In this document: positions 21,311 through 28,717 of the stretch, in pieces | Layout of the letters: every line of letters starts with the position of its first letter | Position numbering within the stretch: the first letter of the stretch is position 1 | Assembly (NCBI GenBank): GCA_025920425.1 | Contig: JAPDLS010000001.1 | Span: 308,484 to 372,483 of the forward strand | DNA length: 64,000 bases | From: Candidatus Haiyanarchaeum thermophilum | GTDB taxonomy: Archaea; Nanobdellota; Nanobdellia; JAPDLS01; Haiyanarchaeaceae | Direction: 5' to 3' | The notes under the pieces: generated by a model | Told to the model about the DNA's origin: nothing | The model's database searches: none | What the model saw: only the letters and a program-made list of their open reading frames with translations | Translations under genes and position numbers: made by a program

Positions 21311-22864
21311 CTAAAACAGATCTCCTATCCATGTACCATAGAAATAGCTTTCCCTCTTTTTAAAATGTAGCGGATCTAGAAGGAGGTCTGGAGCATGATA
21401 GCTAATTCCTCCTAAGATCTCGGTTGGGATTCCATATGTTTTATAAAGCTCCGGAGCAGTTCTCATCAGGGAGATTGCATAGCTCAACCCACCAAGCGGG
21501 CCTGGCTCATGGAGGATAAATCCCTCAAACTTGATCTCTTGGAGCGCCTCCTTCAACTTTTCAAGTTCTTCCTCACTAAAGGCCTCTCCCACTGGAAGAT
21601 GTGCGTCTATATCTCCAAAATTCTCGTGAGCATGCACATGCACTATCGGTACTCCAAGTTCCTTCAATCTACTTATATATTCAACTGGTCCCCGAATGAG
21701 TACTTCTTTTTCTCTAAGTGTCTCAGGATCCACCACTTTTATACGTAGAGGCTTCAGGGTAGCAGCATGGCCTATATCGAAGGTGGTACCTATATATTTC
21801 CTCGCTTCCTCCCTCTTTACTCCCCTTTTCTCCAATTCCATATATACATGCTCCAATAGATCCCTCATTTCCTCTGGAGTGGAAAATAAGAACCTAGCAT
21901 CATTATTCTCTATTGCTATCTTTATTCCCTTCTTGATGGCATCCACTGCTATCTCTGCTATGTTTTGGGCAAAATTTTCTATCATGCGTTTATAGCCAAG
22001 TTCCAGTATCCTCCTAGGAGTGTCTACTCCTATTTCTACTCCACTGCCAGGAAGCTTTGTTCTCTCCAAGAATGGATTAAAGGCAGAGATCCACCTCTCG
22101 ATATACATCCTCTCTACCTCGAGTTTCCTCTCATATGTCTTCTTCAGCTCTTCTAATCTCTCTAAAAACTTCTCAACCTGCTCCCGTTCTTGGAGAAAAT
22201 TGGGAGGAAAACCAAGCTTACTCGCGAGCTCTTGTACCATCAATTTCTCCACTTCGGTGAGCTCAGGTAATTTCTTTACACTCTCTATGTAGGCATTTAT
22301 CTCTTTAATTCGCTCAACAAAATTCGCCGCAAATTCATCATGCCTCTGTATGGTTTCGAGAATCTCTGCCTTGAGCCTTCTCTCCCTATCCTCTAAGATC
22401 TCTCTAATCGATTTTTCCCTCTCGAACTCAGGGATCCTCTCCACTACCATCTCACTCAGATCATTCCTCCATAAGTAGATTGTATCTGGGGGTTGCCTCG
22501 GAACAATTTGAGTTGGATGCATGTTAATCACTTCTGCTCCAATCTCTTTAGCATACTCTAAACCCTGTCTGAGGAGGCTCTTAGCGCTCTCATTCATCCT
22601 CGGATTTGGATACGCAAGTTCATACTCTTCGATTGGAGGTACATGCCAACTTAACCTTACTTCATTCGCTTTGGCAAGATCTTTTATTACTTCCCTTCCT
22701 GTCTTTCCAACTTCTCCAGCCATCCCCTGAAGTTCTATTATAGGAGCTCCCCAGCAGATAGCTCTTTCCATTCCAATTGGAGGAGTTACTCCTCTCTCTA
22801 CTGGATATGTAGTTCCAAGCAAGTATTTTCCAAAGAAGCTCTTATAGCTCGTATATTCCATCAC
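21311..22864 (-). CDS. xylose-isomerase-like TIM barrel / AP endonuclease family 2 (Endo IV-like) protein with coiled-coil insertion
   Basis: Metal-ligand-like blocks FDIGHA, HVHAHENFGDIDAHLPVGEA, FILHEPGP; about 130-aa charged helical insertion in middle. Confidence 0.55.
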   Translation of the reverse strand: MMEYTSYKSFFGKYLLGTTYPVERGVTPPIGMERAICWGAPIIELQGMAGEVGKTGREVIKDLAKANEVRLSWHVPPIEEYELAYPNPRMNESAKSLLRQGLEYAKEIGAEVINMHPTQIVPRQPPDTIYLWRNDLSEMVVERIPEFEREKSIREILEDRERRLKAEILETIQRHDEFAANFVERIKEINAYIESVKKLPELTEVEKLMVQELASKLGFPPNFLQEREQVEKFLERLEELKKTYERKLEVERMYIERWISAFNPFLERTKLPGSGVEIGVDTPRRILELGYKRMIENFAQNIAEIAVDAIKKGIKIAIENNDARFLFSTPEEMRDLLEHVYMELEKRGVKREEARKYIGTTFDIGHAATLKPLRIKVVDPETLREKEVLIRGPVEYISRLKELGVPIVHVHAHENFGDIDAHLPVGEAFSEEELEKLKEALQEIKFEGFILHEPGPLGGLSYAISLMRTAPELYKTYGIPTEILGGISYHAPDLLLDPLHFKKRESYFYGTWIGDLF

Positions 22865-23391
22865 AACTCCTCAACCCCTTGAATGTAGCTCTGGATCCTC
22901 TTCTTTACTTCCAGCCTCTTGCCAATTCCTAGAATTTCTCCAAACTTCTGAGCAATGCTTACAGGATGTTCTATCTGCTCTTCAGAACCCATACTAAACC
23001 TGTCCTTCTCCAAAATCCTTTTAACTACGTCTTCTTCGTTCTCCTCCACTCCTCTCTCCCTCTCCACACTAATCGATGGGCCCATTTCTCTGATACTCAA
23101 ACTCCTCTCCATAGGAACATACATAACTGGTTGGAAAGACTGTGCTTGTTGGACTGAACTCTCCACTTCTTCAGCAACCACTACTTCCCCTCTGAAATTT
23201 TCTTCAGTAAATCCTCTCACTTCAACAGCTTCAAATTCTCTATGACTTATTTCGCTTTGGAGGAGCTCATCCTCCAGTTTTCTCAGCTCACCCTCATCTA
23301 ATTCTCTAGAGATAAGCCTAAGGAATAGTAGCTTTTCTGTCAATGTGGCAAATTTACTCAACTCCTTCCTAACTTCTTCTACACTTACCAT
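22861..23391 (-). CDS. hypothetical acidic protein (176 aa)
   Basis: ORF with overlapping start/stop to neighbours. Confidence 0.45.
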   Translation of the reverse strand: MVSVEEVRKELSKFATLTEKLLFLRLISRELDEGELRKLEDELLQSEISHREFEAVEVRGFTEENFRGEVVVAEEVESSVQQAQSFQPVMYVPMERSLSIREMGPSISVERERGVEENEEDVVKRILEKDRFSMGSEEQIEHPVSIAQKFGEILGIGKRLEVKKRIQSYIQGVEEL

Positions 23392-24536
23392 GTTAACATC
23401 CCAAATGCCTTCTTCAAAGTATCATAAAGGGTATCTAGATCTTGAAGAGCTTTGAGAGCCATATTTCTATCCCTATACTCTGCTCCACTTAAGTAATAGA
23501 GAAACCTTAATCTGGATTTCTTGACCTTTCTCTCCTGCTTCTCAATTTTCTCCTCCTTCACTTCTTGTTTACTGTACGTGAGCACTAATCTTTTGAACCA
23601 TTCCTCGACTGGATCCTTCTTCCACTCCTCAAGCTGTTGAATGAATGTATCCAGATCCATAAGTACACTTCTCAACAGCAATTCAGTCCTCATATATCTC
23701 CCAGGAGGAGAGGAACCCCTTATCAAGAACTGAAGCTGAATGCACGGTACAAAATTCCCAAACTCACTTTTCAGCTTTACCTCATCAAATCCTTTATAGG
23801 CGAGTAATTCTACAACTCCGTAGATATTTCCTCCAATTGTGACTAGCTCCGGAGAAATCGGCTCAACCCTCATCTGTAGACTTTGCACATTTCTTATTAA
23901 TGGCTTTACCCATTCTTTGTATAGGTTCACCGTCTCACTACTAGCCTTTATCCTCTCCTCAATTATCTGAAGCATCTCCTTCAAACTTTCATACCACATC
24001 TTTTTCCACGTCTGATATTCTAGAAACTTTCTCTTCAAAAAGTTCTTCACCCTCTCGTTTGTGGGAAGTTTATCTATCTCCTCCACTGAATTGACTCTGA
24101 AGAACCAATCCCTCACAGTAAAGAAAGGTAGATTCCTAGTAACTTGCGTTATACTTGATGCACCAGTCTTTACATCCACGAAATCTACCCACAGTCCCTT
24201 CAGTACGAGCTCTCCAGGAGGCTTCTTGGCCTTCTCATAATAATCCAAACACTCCTTAATCCTCTGATAATCTTGTTTCATTGCTACGATTCCTTTTAGG
24301 ATGGTACCTATCTGAGCTAGAAAAGAGCTCGCATCTGCCATGGAGAGATGGATTGCTTGAAGCATGCTGTAGAACTCTGGAGCCCTTGCACTTATGTTGT
24401 AATAATCTGCCCCTTTCACCACTTTGTACTTCAGATTTACTCTAAGAAAATCTAGTATCCAGTAATAAAATGGTTCGAAAACTGCTCCAGCATGCAGCTC
24501 ATATATTAGCCTATATTCTTTTACCTTCTCTATCAC
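23385..24536 (-). CDS. hypothetical protein (383 aa)
   Basis: First gene of coupled operon; no motif recognized. Confidence 0.5.
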   Translation of the reverse strand: MIEKVKEYRLIYELHAGAVFEPFYYWILDFLRVNLKYKVVKGADYYNISARAPEFYSMLQAIHLSMADASSFLAQIGTILKGIVAMKQDYQRIKECLDYYEKAKKPPGELVLKGLWVDFVDVKTGASSITQVTRNLPFFTVRDWFFRVNSVEEIDKLPTNERVKNFLKRKFLEYQTWKKMWYESLKEMLQIIEERIKASSETVNLYKEWVKPLIRNVQSLQMRVEPISPELVTIGGNIYGVVELLAYKGFDEVKLKSEFGNFVPCIQLQFLIRGSSPPGRYMRTELLLRSVLMDLDTFIQQLEEWKKDPVEEWFKRLVLTYSKQEVKEEKIEKQERKVKKSRLRFLYYLSGAEYRDRNMALKALQDLDTLYDTLKKAFGMLTW

Positions 24537-24614
24537 ATAGTAGCTTAAGCTGTCTAGCGTTAAAACTTTTTTGTTTGAGAAAGTTTTTATATAACTATTT
24601 CCCTACAGATTTTC

Positions 24615-25139
24615 ATGCAGGTACTCTATGTAATAGCTCCTCAGGACTTTAGGGATGAAGAGTATTTCAAACCATTGGAGATCCTAAAAAAGGCTGGAAT
24701 TCAGGTAATAACCGCAAGTCTCAGAAAGGGGAAATGTATAGGAATGTTTGGAGGGAATGCTAACGCAGAGCTCTCGATCAAGGAAGCAATAGATAAAGTG
24801 GATTCCTTTGATGCTCTCATCATCGCGGGAGGTTCAGGAGCTGTTAAGTTGAGGGAGGACAGCGATATGATTGAACTAGTGAAAAAATTTTATGAGAAGA
24901 AGAAGCTCGTGGCTGCAATTTGCATCTCCCCGACCATTCTAGCTAAGGCAGGTATCCTCAAGGGAAAGCAGGCTACTGTATGGTCAAGTGCCCTAGACAA
25001 AAGTAACATCAACTTGTTACAGAAGTATGGAGCAATTTACAAGGAGGAGAAGGTAGTAATAGACGATAATATTGTCACAGCTTCTGGTCCTGAGGCAGCC
25101 CAACAGTTTGGAGAAGTTATTTTAAGGAAGTTGAGGTAA
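24615..25139 (+). CDS. DJ-1/PfpI family protein
   Basis: AAICISPTILAKAG nucleophile-elbow Cys, 174 aa. Confidence 0.8.
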   Translation: MQVLYVIAPQDFRDEEYFKPLEILKKAGIQVITASLRKGKCIGMFGGNANAELSIKEAIDKVDSFDALIIAGGSGAVKLREDSDMIELVKKFYEKKKLVAAICISPTILAKAGILKGKQATVWSSALDKSNINLLQKYGAIYKEEKVVIDDNIVTASGPEAAQQFGEVILRKLR

Positions 25140-25140
25140 G

Positions 25141-25413
25141 ATGTGGCCATTCAAACGCAAGAAGAAGGAGGAATATCCGGAGATTCCTACTATGCCTTCC
25201 CCATCCCTTGAACCATCTTTAATTCCATCCCCAATCCCTCCAGTAGCCATCTCCCCTCCTCAAGTTACTGTAACTTCTCCACCGAGTGTGGAAGGAAACT
25301 TGAGGAAGGATCTTGAGGTCATCTCAGCTAAGCTCGAAACGATTCGAATCCAATTGGAGAGATTGGATCAGAGGATTACCATCTTAGAAAAGCTTATCAC
25401 TCAAAAATATTAG
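25141..25413 (+). CDS. Pro/Ser-rich protein with C-terminal coiled coil
   Basis: ORF 90 aa, tightly packed between DJ-1 and membrane protein. Confidence 0.4.
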   Translation: MWPFKRKKKEEYPEIPTMPSPSLEPSLIPSPIPPVAISPPQVTVTSPPSVEGNLRKDLEVISAKLETIRIQLERLDQRITILEKLITQKY

Positions 25414-26238
25414 ATGCTCTCCTTTATCGACGAATATTTCATTAAACCTCTGAGAACAGGGGAGGGCTATAACATAGTAAATACTCTCACCTACTCCTTC
25501 CTCTTCATCCTCACCACATATTTCCTTTACAAGTTCACGAGGAAGAAAATCAAATTCGATTTTGAGCTTCTGTATTCCCTCTTTCCATTGATGCTAGCAG
25601 CCTCAACTCTAAGGGTACTTGAGGATCTCGGTAAGGTAAGTCCCTTTCTCGTCACCCCAATTATATGGGTCTTATTTCTCTTGTATGGGATTTTACTCCT
25701 TAAGATTGGCCTCTACCTCGAAGAGAGAAAATTGATCGAGCTCAGGAGATTTCTCTTCTTAGCAGGAGTAATTACCTTGGCACCTATGTTCCTCATATAT
25801 CTCTCAACTCCTCCCAGAAATCTGCTCGCTCTCATATTGGTAACCTGCTGGTTCTCAGTTCTCCTCTTCCCTCTCTTTCTCATCCGAAGCTCTGGAAGTT
25901 CAAAGATCCTGGGAGATAGATTGGCTTTCTCCTCACTCATTTTTCATTTATTCGATGCTGTCACCACCTTCGTAGCTCTTGAGTACAATCCCCTCTGGAG
26001 GGCAGAATTTGGAATCTCAAATTACTTCGAACAACATGTGCTTCCAAGGTTTATGATAAGTCTCTTCGGACCTGCAATCATAATCCCAATCAAACTCTTA
26101 GCTATCTCCATATTCCTCCTCCTCATCTTCTCTTACTGTAAGGATAAACAATTGAGAAATTTCCTCTTCATAGTTGCATGCCTTCTAGCTATAATCCCAG
26201 GAGCTAGAGATTTTCTGAGATTGTTGATTCCTATCTAG
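25414..26238 (+). CDS. polytopic membrane protein
   Basis: 274 aa, multiple hydrophobic helices. Confidence 0.5.
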   Translation: MLSFIDEYFIKPLRTGEGYNIVNTLTYSFLFILTTYFLYKFTRKKIKFDFELLYSLFPLMLAASTLRVLEDLGKVSPFLVTPIIWVLFLLYGILLLKIGLYLEERKLIELRRFLFLAGVITLAPMFLIYLSTPPRNLLALILVTCWFSVLLFPLFLIRSSGSSKILGDRLAFSSLIFHLFDAVTTFVALEYNPLWRAEFGISNYFEQHVLPRFMISLFGPAIIIPIKLLAISIFLLLIFSYCKDKQLRNFLFIVACLLAIIPGARDFLRLLIPI

Positions 26239-26615
26239 CTAATAAGCACAGCATTCACAAATCCTTCCCTACTTGGTCTGTTAGTCACTCTAGCTAAGCC
26301 CTTACTGGTTCTTATGATTGCCCCTCGAGTAATTATTCCCATCCTTACATAATGTCGGCTCGCTGGATTCTCCTCTACTCCCAAGATCTCAAGTTTCTCA
26401 TACTTCTTTGTCTTTGGATCATATACATTTGCTACATTTATGGAAAGTAATCTGGGAATGAGGGAACCGCCTCTCCCCCTCTTGAACTTCAATTTCCTCT
26501 CTCCGATCTTGCACCTTATCTCCTCTCCCCCCATCTCACTCTTTTCCTTTTTTCCTTCCCTAGGAACCTTTCTTCCTGTAAGAGCTCTAGCCCTGCTTTT
26601 CTTCCACTGGACCAT
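26235..26615 (-). CDS. rps8e: 30S ribosomal protein S8e
   Basis: EILGVEENPASRHYVRMGIITRGAIIRTSKGLARVTNRPSREGFVNAVL matches S8e core. Confidence 0.85.
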   Translation of the reverse strand: MVQWKKSRARALTGRKVPREGKKEKSEMGGEEIRCKIGERKLKFKRGRGGSLIPRLLSINVANVYDPKTKKYEKLEILGVEENPASRHYVRMGIITRGAIIRTSKGLARVTNRPSREGFVNAVLIS

Positions 26616-26705
26616 TTAATCAGCGTTTCAGTAGTAATTTAAAAAACTTCTGAATAGTTAACTATAAAAATAGCAAATTATAGAAAAGAGTGTGGTGATT
26701 TAAGG

Positions 26706-26933
26706 ATGGAAGAGACTCTGAGGCCACTTGACGTCTTAAATAGTGCTAAGGGTACTAGGGTAATGGTAGATCTAAAAAATGGAAAGCAACTAGTAGGTAC
26801 ACTCCTTGCATTCGATATTCACATCAACATCGTACTCGATGATGCTGAGGAAATCATAGAAAATGAGACAAAGAGGAAATTGGGCAAGATCTTCGTAAGA
26901 GGAGACACGATCATTTCGATAGCTGTTAAGTAA
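26706..26933 (+). CDS. Sm-like protein (archaeal LSm)
   Basis: Sm1/Sm2 motifs ([26 protein letters not shown]...[11 protein letters not shown]), 75 aa. Confidence 0.85.
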   Translation: MEETLRPLDVLNSAKGTRVMVDLKNGKQLVGTLLAFDIHINIVLDDAEEIIENETKRKLGKIFVRGDTIISIAVK

Positions 26934-26935
26934 AA

Positions 26936-27103
26936 ATGGTTAAAGGCACTCCTTCTAAGGGAAAAAAGGCCAGAGGGAAGAGTCACATCATCTGCAGGCG
27001 TTGCGGTAAGCACAGCTTTAATGTCTCTAAGGGCTACTGTGCGAGCTGTGGCTTCGGTAGATCAGCTAAATGGAGGAAATATAACTGGAGTAATAAAAAG
27101 TAG
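26936..27103 (+). CDS. rpl37e: 50S ribosomal protein L37e
   Basis: Hand-translated 55 aa: [55 protein letters not shown] (C4 zinc ribbon); not in ORF track (<60 aa). Confidence 0.85.
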   Translation: MVKGTPSKGKKARGKSHIICRRCGKHSFNVSKGYCASCGFGRSAKWRKYNWSNKK

Positions 27104-27104
27104 G

Positions 27105-27302
27105 TCATTTGAATTCCTGAGGAATTGCCCACTCTATCTCCTTCCTCTTCCTATCATCTAAGTACTTGACACTCTTAATCTTCTGTGGTCTCTCACATGG
27201 TTTGAATCCTTCCTTTGTCTTGATAAACCACATCCCCCTAATTTCATAAAATACATTTCCTTCCTCGTCGATGCACTCCTTCATGAAGCTCAAAAAATGC
27301 AC
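27105..27302 (-). CDS. small hypothetical protein (65 aa)
   Basis: ORF only. Confidence 0.25.
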   Translation of the reverse strand: MHFLSFMKECIDEEGNVFYEIRGMWFIKTKEGFKPCERPQKIKSVKYLDDRKRKEIEWAIPQEFK

Positions 27303-27338
27303 AAGTTTTTTATACCTTTCGAAGTAATTAATGAGTTA

Positions 27339-27434
27339 GGGCCCGTAGCTCAGTCTGGTAGATAAGCTGGAGGCTTAGCCAAGAGCAACCGGCTCTTAAC
27401 CGGTTGGTCGCGGGTTCAAATCCCGTCGGGCCCA
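27339..27434 (+). tRNA. tRNA-Lys (anticodon CUU) with 22-nt non-canonical intron in D-arm
   Basis: Removing TAAGCTGGAGGCTTAGCCAAGA (about 27363..27384) yields canonical cloverleaf; anticodon stem ACCGG/CCGGT, loop CUCUUAA. Confidence 0.7.
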
Positions 27435-27449
27435 CTGCCATCCTCAAAT

Positions 27450-27977
27450 TCAAAAATACTTCTCGTCACACCACAATCTAGACGAGCATGATTTGCAGAA
27501 TCGGTAATTTTTCCTATCTGTATCGGCTAAGCAATTGCTGAAATGCATCACACATAAAGGGTTTTTGCAATGTTCAAGTCCAAGTGTATAGCCCACTTCA
27601 TGGATTATCTCTTTTAAAGCTCTCTCTAAGAACAAATTTTTATTTACATCTTGTAATCTGGCTAATGAAACTATCGCAAACTTGCCAGAAAGTTCAGCCT
27701 CGCCGAACACGAAATTCAAGCCTTCAGCATAAATATCCTCTTCCACGATTCCAACTATCTTCTCCTCGCCACTCTCTCTAGGAAATATCGATTGCAGGAG
27801 TGAGAGGAGTTTAGAGGAATTAAATTGCTTTCTTACCCGATTGTAGGCCTCCTTCGGCAATTTCAGACTTTTCTCACTAATTTCGCATTCTATTCCAACA
27901 TCTTGAATTAATCCTTTAAGTTCGAGCAATACTTCGCTTTTTACTCTTCCTATCGGCTGTAGGACTACCTTTACCAT
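27450..27977 (-). CDS. amzA: archaemetzincin
   Basis: HEVGYTLGLEHC (HExxHxxGxxH) followed by CKNPLCVMHFSNC...C Cys-rich zinc motif. Confidence 0.8.
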   Translation of the reverse strand: MVKVVLQPIGRVKSEVLLELKGLIQDVGIECEISEKSLKLPKEAYNRVRKQFNSSKLLSLLQSIFPRESGEEKIVGIVEEDIYAEGLNFVFGEAELSGKFAIVSLARLQDVNKNLFLERALKEIIHEVGYTLGLEHCKNPLCVMHFSNCLADTDRKNYRFCKSCSSRLWCDEKYF

Positions 27978-28369
27978 ACAAATCCCAATTTCCTCGCTAG
28001 GGCCTCCAGCTTTTCGATATGTTTTTTCCTAAACCCTATATAGATCCCTCCACTCTTCACCCCTACCCAAGTCCTAGTCCTCTCTCCAATCTTGAGCACA
28101 TCGTTGAGAAGTGGATTTACCACCTCTATCCAAACTCCTTCCATCACTTTGATCCTTATACCCCCGACGATCCCAGAAATGCTCAGAAATTTTCCATTTT
28201 TCAGTAATTGTTCCAGCTCTGGGGCCTCTATATCTAGGTGAGTTACTCTGGCAAGGGCAAAACCCTTGACATGAATATATACCTCTCCTTCACATTCTTT
28301 CCTCTTCCTCTCCACTATGAAAATTCTACAGTTATTTAACAGAATCTTTCCTACCGCTGGTCCAGTCAT
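27971..28369 (-). CDS. hypothetical protein (132 aa)
   Basis: ORF overlapping amzA start. Confidence 0.45.
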   Translation of the reverse strand: MTGPAVGKILLNNCRIFIVERKRKECEGEVYIHVKGFALARVTHLDIEAPELEQLLKNGKFLSISGIVGGIRIKVMEGVWIEVVNPLLNDVLKIGERTRTWVGVKSGGIYIGFRKKHIEKLEALARKLGFVW

Positions 28370-28373
28370 CCAC

Positions 28374-28661
28374 CTACTCCACGATTTTGTAGACTACATC
28401 CCCTTCTCTTACCTTCTCGATCACTTTTAGCCCTATGGAGTCTCCAGGCTTGGCTTCAGTGATGTTCTTGTGCTCTATCTGCATTGACTCTACAACCTGT
28501 TCAAAGTCGGTCTTTTTCCCCTTAATCCTTATTCTGTCCCCTACCTTGATCTTACCACTCACATCAACTACAGCCACACTAATCTTTGGGTAAAAGTGAG
28601 TTACCCTTCCTACTTCCTCCTCCATTTCAAAGAAAGAGAGGGCTTTCCAAAATAAAAGCAT
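28374..28661 (-). CDS. small beta-barrel protein resembling EF-Tu domain 2 (start possibly at internal MEEEV, 28625)
   Basis: VGRVTHFYPKISVAVVDVSGKIKVGDRIRIKG...GDVVYKI pattern. Confidence 0.45.
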   Translation of the reverse strand: MLLFWKALSFFEMEEEVGRVTHFYPKISVAVVDVSGKIKVGDRIRIKGKKTDFEQVVESMQIEHKNITEAKPGDSIGLKVIEKVREGDVVYKIVE

Positions 28662-28717
28662 TTCTCTTCGTCATAGCTTAAAAAAATTTTTAAATTTCTA
28701 GATTCTAAGGGTTTTAT

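Noticed and set aside
4364-23000. Searched downstream of 16S for 23S/5S rRNA or spacer tRNA-Ala
   Set aside because: No GC-rich rRNA-like stretch is present. tRNA-Ala is at 8223..8294 on the opposite strand and is not part of an rRNA operon.
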